64,000 nt of DNA from Trichinella spiralis (lineage: Eukaryota), in contig NW_003526941.1 of NCBI RefSeq assembly GCF_000181795.1, forward strand, positions 11,049,159 to 11,113,158, in the 5' to 3' direction. The notes under the pieces were generated by a model, which was not told the DNA's origin, did no database searches, and saw nothing but the letters and a program-made list of their open reading frames with translations. This document shows, in pieces, positions 13,501-25,845 of the stretch. The first letter of the stretch is position 1; every line of letters starts with the position of its first letter. A program made the translations under genes and the position numbers.

Positions 13501-16500
13501 ATATATATATTGCAAACTAGTATTCTTCTTTGACTTTTACTGGTTTCATTGAACGCGGCTATTTGCAATCATTATCCGCCCACTCGGGCATGTCAATCTT
13601 CGTCCGTTCAGCACGTGTGACAGGATATTGATCGCCAGCTTGCCCTGGGGAGTGGTCTAAGATCCGATCGCTAACAAAGTGGGCAAATTTGTCAGCAGAC
13701 TTTGCACTCTCTGCAGAGACAGGCTCCAAAAGTGCCTTGTAAACTGAGAACTATCGTTGACAACAATCTGCTGCGCTCGATGGGCAGCAAAAGTTGCGCA
13801 CAGAAAAATCGTGTCAACGTCAAAATTGGAACCTGGATTTTCTGAAATTACATTTGACATAAATAATCAAAAATGCACCAGAAATTAAAATTCATTACAA
13901 ATTAACAGCAAGTTTAAATTTTTTTTAATATAAAATTAAAAACCATATAAAACTAATACATCTTTCTGAAATTGCACCAAATTTATCTTGCATTTTCTGA
14001 TCCACAGTTTATGATTAAAATTTCATTTATTCAGTTTCAGTTTTTTTAAATTAAATTCAAAATGTTAAAGGTGTTGTGTACAACACGTGACATGTACAGT
14101 AGTACAGTTGGTTTTTTTGCACATGATCCATCAATTGAACAAATAATAATAAAGTACTAATGTTACAGTGAAAATATATCATTTTTGTAAAGTGAAATTT
14201 TGTTTGTTTCTTCTATTACGAAGAAAAAGAGAAATTTAAATAAGTTGTTGTTGTTGTTCGATTGAAGAGAGTTGGAAAAATTGCTAGCTAACTAGCTGTT
14301 TAGCTGGTTGAAGTTGATGAGCAGCGTCAGTTTTTCAAATTCAACCTCTTCTTGGCTGCTGACTCTTCTGGTATTTCTTCTATTTCGTTTAATTGAAAAG
14401 TGTCGACCATCTGTCGCCAAATTCAGCAGCAACAGCAGCTTTATTTATTCAGATGTGTTGAAAGCACATCATCCAAAATACACAGCTTTCAGCAGTAGAG
14501 TATTGATAATTGAAGTTGATGAGAAAAATATCCCAAAGCTTGATCCAAGGTCGATCTCCTTATCATCGACAAACACTTGACCAGAGTGTGGTGACAATGG
14601 TCACACCTTGACCCGGAAAACATGAAATTTACATTTCTACTTTCGTCATCTCACATGCTCTATAATATGGTGACAAATGAACAAATTTTGCAATCTGTTT
14701 TCTCCTCATCATACTCGTCATATTTTTTGATGAAGAAAAAACTATTTTTTTTCCCATCCAATTTTCCACATTTCAAACGTAAACAATTCTACGTCAACCG
14801 TTGGAACAGCTAAACAACAATGATAATTGTTTGCAGTAGAAAAATTCAAAATATTATTTCCACGTATTATTGTTGAAAAGCAAATAGAGTTTGTTTTATT
14901 TATTCGTAAATTCAATTTCATACCTCAGTTGAAATTTTTTCTTTTCTTTTGAGAAAAAAAAATCCCAAATAAAATGATCGTGAGAAAGTGAATATAAAGC
15001 AACAAATTTTTCCATTCTTTTCAATCGAATTGAAAAGCTGGTGGCGTTTTTATTGATTGAAATTGACAAAAAATATCCATCCGCATATTTATCAAAATTT
15101 CAGCTAAAAGTGACTAAGCAGACAATGAGCAGATGTTTCAAAAGTAACGTGTTGTTTGTTGTGCTGCTGCTGCTGGCTGGCTGGCTGGCTGTGAAATGGT
15201 GGTTGGTGATTGCAAAAAATGTCCAACTCACTTGGCAACAATGCAAATTTGCATTGTTGGCAAACAACAGTATTGCTAATCAAACAATACGGTTATCGAA
15301 CAATTTGCCCCAGTAGCACATCCGGATTCCAATATTAGCTTGCTTGTATGAATGAGAAATTCAATTCACTTTTTCGACAATATCCAATGAATATATTTTC
15401 ATCATTTTACATTTCGGTTTGTTCTATTATTATTATTATTATTATCGAATGTGATTCCTTTGAATGCTGTCATTTGAATTCTTGCCAACAGCAGCAGTAA
15501 ACAGGCTTTTTGCTTGTTTGCTCACACTTTGTGAATTTCTCTCATTCTCATTCTCTCTGTGTGATTTTTCTTCTCTCGTTCGTTCGTTGTCTCTCGTCAG
15601 CCCCAACCAAGCAGAGCAGGCCCAAGCGAGCCATTTTGTTCATATAAATAATTTCAACTTTGCTCATTCGAACATATATCAACCAAGCTAATTCGGTACT
15701 ATAATTTCCATCATCATCAGCTTTCTTCAGTGCAATTTGATTGATGCCGCAAAATTTCTCTTATTTGTCAATTAATTTTACACAACTTTACAAATAACAC
15801 CACATTACAGTAAGTCGATTATGATAAGATGGATTTAATTTTTTTTCTTTTATTTGTTTTGTTTTTTGACAATAGTTTTTTTTGAAAAAAATTAATAATC
15901 AATATTTTCGGATGAAATTATTGATATTTTTCATAAAAAATGCATTATTCAATTAATGGAGAAATATTATTTCGTCGAACGTGAATGCCGCCATTGATAA
16001 TTCTTTCAACAACTGTCACAGTGCAATATAATTTATGAATTTTCTTCGACAAAAAGGGGAAAATATTTTGTCATTTGAATTTACATTTTTTTCTCTTTGT
16101 TTGCTTACAACAACCAACCGTTGACGGGTTTTTTTTCTCCCATGTTACTAAATTTGCAATTCAACATTGTTGAAAAGGTCTTTTACGCGTTGGTCTCAGA
16201 AAGAAAAAAAAAATATATATATAAATTTAGCATGATCACGTCAACTATAAGACGAGGGAAAAAAACATTCTCAGTGAAAATAATTACTAATTTTCTGGAT
16301 TATTTTGAAAATAATAAAATTTATCTGTCGTGCAACGTTGATCAGTCAGTGATTATAGTTGTATATTATTTTTCAGTGTAGATTGAATAAATTTCAATAG
16401 AGAAATTCGAGCTCCAGTCGGCAGTTTCATTTTCACTCACTTCCGCCTGGTGCAGAGCAAGCAAGCAAGCAAGTAGGCAAGCTTATATGCATTTTTTCCA

Positions 16501-17371
16501 CTTTGGCATAAATTTCTGATCGATCTATTTTGCGTTCATTTTTATTTCTTATATCGAAGTGAGTTATTATTTCTTTTTCACAATTAATAATAATAATAAT
16601 AAATAAATAATAGTTTTGGCGAGAGAGAGAAAAAAAATCCTTTTCTTCTCAAAACAACAATATAAATTAATATATATTTTTTATTTGATAAATTTACTTG
16701 TGATCATTGTGAGATTTGATTTTTAAAGACCGGTCGGTCGATGTTGTGTTGTTGATTTTCATACAAATCACGCAAATATATTGTTGTCCAGTGAACGTAG
16801 TGGTAGGAATTTTTGCCAAGGTCGACGACGCGAAAATTGAATTTCTCTTCACTTTACGCACATTTTTACAACAACACTGTCAGCATTTATTTCTTCCATC
16901 AATTGACGTGTCAATAAGCATTTTTCAGTTCACCAAAAATGAACATCCACACAATTATTACCACCGTCGCGTTGTTGTTTGTTGGTCAATTTATTCCAAT
17001 TTCAACAATCATCGTTCAGCATCAATAATTCACTGTGAGTATTAATTATTTAAATTTTATAAATTCAAATAAAATATTCATATGATTGTGAAATTGGAAA
17101 AAAAATATTATTACAGTTTACTGTCGTCATTTACCGTATGAATAGCTCGTTTGTTTTTCTTTTTTTATTCCATTCAATAAATGAAGAAGAAAAATTAATC
17201 CGCTAACACGTCGAAATGTGATAATAATAATAGTAATAATAATTAATCGTTTTACACTTGCATAGTTCACATTTGTGAAAAAATGTTTCCAGAAATCAGC
17301 ATTCCAATTATTTGGTAAAAATGTAAAGTTCATGGTCATTTATTACTTACTTTTATTGCAATTATTTTCCA

Positions 17372-19880
17372 CAATAATAATAATAATAATAATAATAGTA
17401 ATGTATAGATAGGTTGGGAATTTTTGTTGAAAAGGTCGAATTAGGTGCGTTCATCATTTGTCAATGACGGCGGTTAGTGTCAGCGTGGTTGTCAAAATAG
17501 AGGATGAATAGCGGAAAAAGGGGGCGGTCCGTCGTCGTCGTCGTCGTTGCGGGCATCAATTCAATATCGATATGTCCTGCGGTGACAGTTCCAGGTTTTC
17601 CATGCGTGACCCGGCTAACATGGAAGCTTACTTTATGCTTATGCTCCTCCTCCTCCTCTTCTTCTTCATCCTGCTACTGCCACTTGCCCCAAACGAACAA
17701 ATAGGAAAAAAAATGGCGGGACGAAAAAATTGCTACTCATTGGCTTATTGTTCAGCTAGTACAAAGCTTGGTCAATTTTCGCACAGCCAATTAGTCCCGT
17801 GTAAACAGGTCGACGGGACAATGGTCGCCAGCCGGCAAACAATGAACCCTTTTTGTAGTGGTCATTGTTTTCCTGGTCGACCGAATGTTCGTGGTCATTC
17901 TAACCGCTGGCCTTGTTCCTGGGACTCCGCCCTTTTCGCGCGCTGCTGACCGGCACCACATGACGTCCAGTCGACCCTCAATCTGCTGCCCGTTGACCGA
18001 ACCGTTTCTTCCTCTCTCGCCACTTGGCACTCGGACTGAGCAAACATTTAACTACAACAACAGCCACAGCTAATAATAGTGCTCCTACTACTACTACTAC
18101 TAGCACAGCTTAATAATCTGTTCGACTGGGGCCATCCAGACTAATCATTTCATAGTTGCACTAGCAGTAGCAGCGGTCATGTCTGCTGGTCGGTCGGTCA
18201 GTGAGTTTTGGAAATTTTTCAGTCGTGCAAATTATTAATAATAATAATTATTATTATTATTATTTCTCCTCTCTCTCTCTCTCTCTCACGTCTATATCAA
18301 GCAGGTCAAGCGGAAAAGTTGGTTTTATTTTTTTAAAGTAAGCTTTAAAATTTTAAATAAAATGCAAATAATATAATAATTACTCGCATATTAGAGAATT
18401 TTGACTAAATTTGATTGTTGATTTTCTGTATACGGTGGATATTTTGGAAAAATCACTGTTGTCTATAAGCAATGCTTTGACGTGGCTCAATTTTGACGCG
18501 ACCGATGGAATCGAATTTGACAACTCGTTCGATTGAAAGCCTAGCAGTGTCAATATTCTCTGAGCTCTTGTCTTTCCATTTGCTAAATAAACAGGTTTTT
18601 CCCTTTTCTCTTCTTCTTCTTCTTCTTCTTTCTCTTTTCTCTTTACTCTTTACTCTTCTGCACACACATACGCACAACACTATATTATTTAATTATTTTC
18701 ATTATTATTGATTTCAAATTTCAAATTTTCTTCATTTTTATATAGGTAGGAATTATTATTATTATTATTAATTTTTTAAACTGTTTTTTTTGTATTTTAT
18801 AAAAATTCATTATTGTATACATTGAAATGATTCATAAATTTCAATTAACTAACTAACTGATTTGCTGGATAGCTAAGTTAGCTAACTGACTAACCAGCTA
18901 ACTAAGCCAAGCTAAGCTAGCTGTTAAAACATGTTCGTCTGCTTTCGTCGTCGTCATGTTTTTCTTGTTATTCTTGTTGTTGTTGCTGTGCGGTTAGAGA
19001 CCAACCAACTCGTCATTGAAGCTTCAGTTTAACGTCCATTTATACAACAATATTTTTTTAAAAACGTTTAATAATTTCTTATTTATGTTATGTTATGTTT
19101 GTTTTTTCAAAAAAAATTATCCTCACGAAAATAATCAATTTTTTCCTATAAATTTACATCTTTATCCGGTCGATTATTTTTTCATTGTGCTTTTTACTCA
19201 TTTTATATTAGACTGTGTGTGTGTGTGACCCATTTTGTTTCCTGTTTTCTACTGCCACGCCCACTCGCCATTAGAGGCGGAGCAACGCAGCAGTGGCGTT
19301 TTCACTTTTTGACATATCAAACATCGCCTTCGCTATGGAAAACCCTCCCCCCCCCCAGATCCGACTGTTCAAACTTTACTGCTTCTTTGATTGGGATTGC
19401 GTGGGCGTAGTTTGCTCTATGCTTGGCATAAAAAGCATCAGCCAACAGCATCATCATCATCATCATCATTGTTATATATTATTAGTTTGGCATATTTTCA
19501 ACGTTCAACATCTGCTGGTCTTACTTCATTTTCGTTCATTGTTATTAGCCCCGGGCAGTGTGTGCATTATATTTCTATGAAGCATTTCTGAAAAGCCAAT
19601 GAATGATGAACACACGCGCGTACACGTCTATTTTATTTATATGCATGCATATTATTGCCATTTTGCTTCTTCATAATTCTTTATTTTTGCAACCTTATGC
19701 CGGCTGTCTGTTTCGGCTAATGAATTTCTATCCACTCCACCTCAGTTGGACAAGTGCCGGGCAAAAGCTTGGCAAGCGATCGATTTTCTAGCTTCTAGCT
19801 TGGCTGACTGGGCAAGCTGGCTGGTTAGCTTGCTTGCTTGCTTGCTTGCTTGCCTACTTTCTGCTGCTGCTGCTGCTGCT
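17372..19880. repeat. Cluster of short microsatellites upstream of Frizzled: (AAT)n, (GTC)n, (CTA)n, (CT)n, (CTT)n, (CAT)n, (GCTT)n, (CTG)n
   Basis: Directly visible runs, for example aataataat at about 17372-17397, ctactacta at about 18084-18101, ctctct at about 18268-18287, catcatcat at about 19449-19469 and ctgctgctg at about 19861-19881. Confidence 0.85.
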
Positions 19881-20407
19881 GCTTTGGTTTCACTTTGATA
19901 GCTAATTGCGACCACCATCGGATAATCAACTTATGCTTAATAATTCATATAACGCAGCACGTTGGTCGATGCATGGCGTGCTTGGTAAAAACCTTCCACG
20001 CTTATTATATCAGTAAATGGACAATTTCTGCTGACACTGGTTCTCTCGCTTCAGTCCACTGTCAGGCACATTAATTGCTACAGCGAACGTGTCACTGTAT
20101 ATGTTCACGTTCACACTGGTCACCACCTTGACCTTAGACCGTTCGCAATTGTTCTACGGATACAACAATTGCCAGTTCTGCTTTCCCACCGAGCGAACAT
20201 GGAAGAGGAGGGGAAAAATTGATTTATCCCATAAATTACTCGCTCGCTTATCATCGTCATTATTACTGTTGTATATTGAAAAAATATTTAGTTTTTTTTC
20301 TTCTGATTTTCAGGTAACTCTGGTGCTGTTTGGATAAGAAGACTGCACAGAGCAACAGTGAGGAATAAAAAGAAAGAAGAAGAGATTGACCACTGACGAC
20401 GCGCGTC

Positions 20408-22222
20408 ATGCTGACGCCGATGCTGTTCTCACTGCAGCTTTATTACGCAGTTACGGTGGTCGCGTTCGGCAAACCTTTCTCCAACACTGGTCAACAAGCC
20501 CAGTACCGACGATGTCAGGAGATCAGCATCCCGATGTGCAAGTCGATCGGCTACAATATGACCCAAATGCCCAACCAATTCAACCACCAAACCCAAGAAG
20601 AAGCCGGCATGGAAGTGCACCAGTTCTGGCCGCTGGTCGAAATCAACTGCAGTCCGGATTTGCGTTTTTTCCTCTGCAGCATGTACACGCCGATTTGCAT
20701 AGCGGATTATCCGAAACCGTTGCCGGCCTGCAGGTCGGTATGCGAACGGGCCAGGGCCGGCTGCGCGCCACTGATGCGCCAGTACGGTTTCGAATGGCCC
20801 CCGAATTTGGACTGCGACAAGTTGCCGGTCTTCGGTCAGCCGGATCAGTTGTGCATGGATTCGAACCAAACTGAACAACAGCAGAGCAGCAGCAACAACA
20901 ACGCCGGCTCCGGTTTTGGCTCGTCTACCGTACGACCAACCGGCCGACGCCCTCCAACGTTCGACCAGTCGCCCACGTCGAGGTTCGCATGTTCGTGCCA
21001 GTGCAGGGCGCCGTTCGTGCCGGTGGCCAGCTCGGACGCCCAAGTGGGCAACGTTTCGCATTGCACTTATCCGTGTCGTGGTCTGTTCATGAGCTCTGAA
21101 AATCACCACTTTGTCACGTTTTGGATCGGTCTTTGGGCAGTTTTGTGCTTCATGTCGACCCTGGTCACCGTTTTGACTTTTCTGATCGACATGCATCGTT
21201 TCCATTATCCGGAAAGGCCGATCATTTTCTTATCGTTTTGTTATCTCATGGTAAGCGGTGGATATTTAATCCGGTTGGTGGTTGGTCACGATCCAGTCGC
21301 CTGCGACGGTTCAGCTATAAGGACCGGCTCCAGTGGCAGCGGTCCGGCCGCTGTGTGTACAGTTGTATTTTTGTTGACGTACTTTTTCAGCATGGCGAGT
21401 TCAGTTTGGTGGGTGGTGTTGTCGTTGACGTGGTTCTTAGCTGCCGGCTTGAAGTGGAGCAACGAGGCCATAAGCGGCTATTCGCCGTACTTTCACATGT
21501 TCGCCTGGGCGTTACCTTCGGTGAAAACGGTCGCCATTCTGGCCTTATCCGCCGTGGACGGTGATCCGATCAGCGGCATCTGCTCCGTCGGCAATACCGA
21601 CGTCAGCTGGTTGCGCTGGTTCGTCCTCGGACCACTGTTCGCCTACCTGGTGTTGGGCGTGTTCTTTCTGATGGCCGGCTTCGTCTCGTTGGTACGCATC
21701 CATCATATTGTCAAACAGCAGCAGGGCTTGTCGAAAATTGAAAAGCTCGAAAAGCTGATGGTTCGAATTGGCATTTTCAGCGTGCTCTACACAATACCGG
21801 CGACCATACTGATCGGCTGCTATTTCTACGAGCAACACTACCGAGTGCTTTGGGAAATTGGGATCACGTGCCAAGGTCCGGACTGCGCCCTGGCCACCGG
21901 CCGTGCTCATCAGCCGACCAAGCCCGAATTCAGCATTGCCGTGTTGAAGTATTTCATGTGCCTGGTGGTCGGCATCACGTCCGGCATTTGGATCTGGTCG
22001 CCGAAAACGTTGGACTCTTGGAAGCGTTTCTGCTTGCGTCTTTGCTGTTGCAGACCCGCCTCCAGAGGCGACCGTCGGACCATCGTTGGCGCCACGCACG
22101 GCGGCAAGCCGCTCTACGTGCCCACCGAAGCGATCATCATCAAATCCCACACGGATGTGAGCAGCGGTGCCGGTGCCAGTGCCGGCGGTTATGCCAGACA
22201 TTATCCTGTCAATCATTTGTGA
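20408..22222 (+). CDS. FZD5/8: Frizzled-5/8 class Wnt receptor (Drosophila fz2 / C. elegans cfz-2 type), intronless CDS
   Basis: 604-aa ORF with a signal peptide, the CRD CQEISIPMC..GYNMTQMPNQFNHQTQEEAGMEVHQFWPLVEINCSPDLRFFLCSMYTPIC (Fz5/8 signature), seven hydrophobic segments (YPERPIIFLS, VDGDPISGICSVG, KLEKLMVRIG), the KTxxxW motif (KTLDSW) and a C-terminal VNHL. Confidence 0.97.
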   Translation: MLTPMLFSLQLYYAVTVVAFGKPFSNTGQQAQYRRCQEISIPMCKSIGYNMTQMPNQFNHQTQEEAGMEVHQFWPLVEINCSPDLRFFLCSMYTPICIADYPKPLPACRSVCERARAGCAPLMRQYGFEWPPNLDCDKLPVFGQPDQLCMDSNQTEQQQSSSNNNAGSGFGSSTVRPTGRRPPTFDQSPTSRFACSCQCRAPFVPVASSDAQVGNVSHCTYPCRGLFMSSENHHFVTFWIGLWAVLCFMSTLVTVLTFLIDMHRFHYPERPIIFLSFCYLMVSGGYLIRLVVGHDPVACDGSAIRTGSSGSGPAAVCTVVFLLTYFFSMASSVWWVVLSLTWFLAAGLKWSNEAISGYSPYFHMFAWALPSVKTVAILALSAVDGDPISGICSVGNTDVSWLRWFVLGPLFAYLVLGVFFLMAGFVSLVRIHHIVKQQQGLSKIEKLEKLMVRIGIFSVLYTIPATILIGCYFYEQHYRVLWEIGITCQGPDCALATGRAHQPTKPEFSIAVLKYFMCLVVGITSGIWIWSPKTLDSWKRFCLRLCCCRPASRGDRRTIVGATHGGKPLYVPTEAIIIKSHTDVSSGAGASAGGYARHYPVNHL

Positions 22223-24797
22223 AAGATGTTTGCAACAATCCACATACAACAACAACAACAACGAAGCAAATTTTTTTTAATGAACAAGTGGAAATTTTAG
22301 TAGAAAAAAAATACACATCTATTGATTGACTGACTGACTGATTGATTGATTGATGATTGATATGAAAAGTGGCCATTTGTTGTTCGTACCTAATCGATTG
22401 TGGCAGGTTCCACATTCGTTCCGTGCAGCCATACTGGCACTGACCGACGACACCACACACACACACACACACAGGCATTCTTCTTGCAAATTATTCAACA
22501 CAAGCAATGCAAATACAACAAAGCACACATACAAACAAGCAGGGTATATTTATTTATTTGTGTATTTATTTTTATTATCATGTCTGTTTTATTCTTGGTA
22601 TATTCTAAATTTTTCACCTCTTTTTTTTTAAAAAATTTTATTTTCTACTCGTCCTCTTTTTTCCCTCTTGACAATTGTTTGTTACATTTACACACTAATT
22701 ATTATTGTTCGTTGAACAGAGAAGATGGTATTTTTTCAATTATAATACTGGGTTTACACCATCGAAGAAGAGCTTTATTCCATTCATCATTGTGTGGCTG
22801 TGCCGAATTGGCTAGCTAACTAATAACCGAGCTTGTTTTCTCAATTGTTGGAGAAAATGAAAATTTTTTTTGATTGACCGTTTTATATTTTTATTAAAAA
22901 ATGATAATGATAATGTGGAATTGGACAAGCAAGTGTGCGTGCACGTGCGGATTGTCCCTCCCCTTCCCTTCCTCAACGTTATCCGTGTATATTGTCAACC
23001 GCTCTGTGTCACACTTTCGACCTTTTCTTTTTGTCAATTGTTTTGTTATTATTAATATATTGTCATTTTGAAATAAATGATGATAATGATGATGATCATC
23101 AATATTAATAAATAATGAATGAATGAATTCTGTACATAATAATCGAGAAAACAGAATCCATTATTCAAATATCCCTTCGAACGTTCGACAGATATTGGTG
23201 GACAATTTTTGCATAAATTTTTGCCAAAGCAGCAATTTTCGAAGGCCAAAAGTGAAAACAAGTCTTCACCACCTACACTTTAGCCTACGTTTTTGCACAG
23301 ACAGAATCAATCAAGAAATACTTGTTTTGACAATTTTTCAAAAATATCTCACCCACCTACATACTATTTACTAGCTGGTCATTATTTGATGCAAAATTTT
23401 AAACTACTATTTCAAATGCAAATGGAAAAAAAAGAGACATTTATCATTCATACATTCATTCATTTATTCGTTCGTTCATTCTTGCTTTTTTAAGCATTCA
23501 ACATGTCAACAAAATTAATGAAATGCTTTTCAACTGCAAAGGTGCGTGTACGCACACACACAATAGAGAGTTTCAAACTTCGTCAACTAAATTTATATAA
23601 ATATTTGGTGACACTTGCATATGATGCGAAAAAAATTGATCTGCTTGTCATTCTACTCTGCATATGTTGTTGCTTTTTTTCCATTCAATCTGCCAGTTGT
23701 CGGTCAAATTGTGTACATACATGGTGATGAATGAATTCACTGGCCGCAATCGCTTTCCCAAACAGTTCGAGTAATATGTTTTTTATTTGTTAACTAAAAA
23801 AAATTTAATTTTTTGCAATTCACTGCATCGATCAATTGTGACAGACTGGTGGCTAGTTATGCTGCCAGTGCGCGCGTAATTGAGAAAAAAGCAATGACCG
23901 ACGGCAGCAGTTAGCAGCAGCAGACTGTAGGCAATTTTTTTTAAAAAAATATCATAATAGTGATCAGAAGTGATTTATGATTTACATTTATATTGAAAAA
24001 AAATAAAAATAATCACATTGAATGTATGTTGAACTGTATTAACATTACTTGATTTTCATTACTGTAAGTTGGAAAAAGAAATTCACTTTTCTTCGGCATT
24101 TCAGTTTTAGCCAATGAATTTCATCACATACTACAAGCAAATTACGCTGTTTTGCTTTTTTGATGGTTAGTAAATTAATTTATAAACTATGGAACATGTG
24201 GTACATTTAGTTTTTTTAATGCAAGCAAAATTGTCAATAAGGTATACATATACATATGTCAAGATGTTACAATGCATCTTATTTACTTATTACATGTCAA
24301 TGTTTATTTTGTGTGTAAATATCAAAAATTATCCCCTCGTTTTAAACAATTGAAAAGCTTATCTATTGCACAAGTACTGGTCGATTCATTCATTTTCTTT
24401 AAATTAAGTATTTATAATGTTTCATTTTTACTTTATTACAATTTTTTTCAGATTGTACGGCAACTCAAAAGTTATACATTTCTAATTTAATAGTTTCAAC
24501 TTGCATATGAACAATTGAACAACTGTTGTGCAGACTTGATTGTGTTTATACTGCAATGGTATAAAATTCTTGCACGTTCGAATCAATGTTAATAGGATTG
24601 TGATATTTTTTTACTGTTTTCACTTGTTTACGTCTTGTTTTTAAAACGCGATAAATTAAAATTTGAATTTCAGAAACAGTTTAACATTTTCAGAAAATGT
24701 CGAATGAATGCAGCAGCTTCAATTTGCGTTGATGTTCAGTTCGCTTTCACTGGTCAGGCTTATTAATTAAAGGAGAAAATTTTGCCAACGACTCCCA

Positions 24798-25389
24798 ATG
24801 CCGGTAAATGCTGCTTCTTTGTTGTGCTGCTGCTGCCGCCGCCAAAGAACAAGTTCTAAGACAGATGAGGACAAATTTCACATCATATCCGAAGAACAGG
24901 AAGGTTATCCGTCCAGGCATGGGAGAAGTTTGTTGAAACTTGTTGAGGATGATTTTAATGTGTGATGCATATTTCAGTTCGTGCACAAGTGAAATTTGTG
25001 ACTCGTTTGTGCAAAAATCCGAATCAATTCCGTCCGTTGAAGATGACGAGTCGACAATGACGAAAATTGTACTCCAAACCAAACGGGATGTCATTGACAT
25101 TGGGACGTTGGACGCGGAAACGACAGAAACACGGGAACACATAGACCGAGCACGTCGTTACAATTTAACGTTGAGCCATTTGAGCGGCTCACCTCCATTT
25201 CACCAGATGTCGTCAAGCATGATCTTGGGTGCTGTGACGTCGGTGGAGATGGCGCTCACGCATCCACCGTTGTCAGAGCAAACGTTGCTTCGTTATCACC
25301 GCATTGCCGGAGATTTGATGACCGCCTTCAGTGACATGAAAATTGAGCCAGTTGAAAATGTTTACGTATCTTTCAGTGAGATGCGATGA
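24798..25389 (+). CDS. LAMTOR1: Ragulator complex subunit LAMTOR1 (p18)-like; exons about 24798-24910 and 24978-25389
   Basis: DDESTMTKIVLQTKRDVIDIGTLDAE...EHIDRARRY and RIAGDLMTAFSDMKIEPVENVYVSF align by eye with LAMTOR1 ([26 protein letters not shown]...EYMDRARQY and [25 protein letters not shown]). The N-terminus has a Cys cluster (LLCCCCRR). The exon-1 donor is uncertain (GT at 24911 or GC at 24917). Confidence 0.8.
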
Positions 25390-25845
25390 AGGTTACTTCT
25401 TTCTTTTTTTTCTTCTCTGAAGTGTCACCTATAACTTCTGCAATGGTGCAATTTTGTATTTTAAAAATAAATTCACTGAATTCTAATATATTGACTTGCG
25501 AATTGTCGAAATGACTGAAAATTTCAAATTGGTAGTGAAATTTAAGGAGAAGAAATTTTCTTTTGTTTAGTATTACTATCCACTATTACTGTAGTCAATG
25601 GGAATACATTTTTGTTAATGGATATTAAAATATGTTTTAAAATTTAAATATCAGTTAAAAAATTAAAAACAATAATTATTGTTGTAATTTTCAGTTGAAT
25701 AAATTAAAATTCAACTGGGTCAGTGAATTTATCAACAAATACAGTAATCCATCGGTTGTTACTTTAGTACTCTTAACTGTTTATAGTGTTATTGAAAACG
25801 ACATATTGCTGAGACGACATTTGTGGATTGTTTTGCCTTATAATC

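Noticed and set aside
20386..22329. Long overlapping and antisense ORFs over Frizzled (similar ones occur over RNPC3 and Delta)
   Set aside because: These are shadow ORFs expected from GC-rich coding sequence and have no independent motifs.
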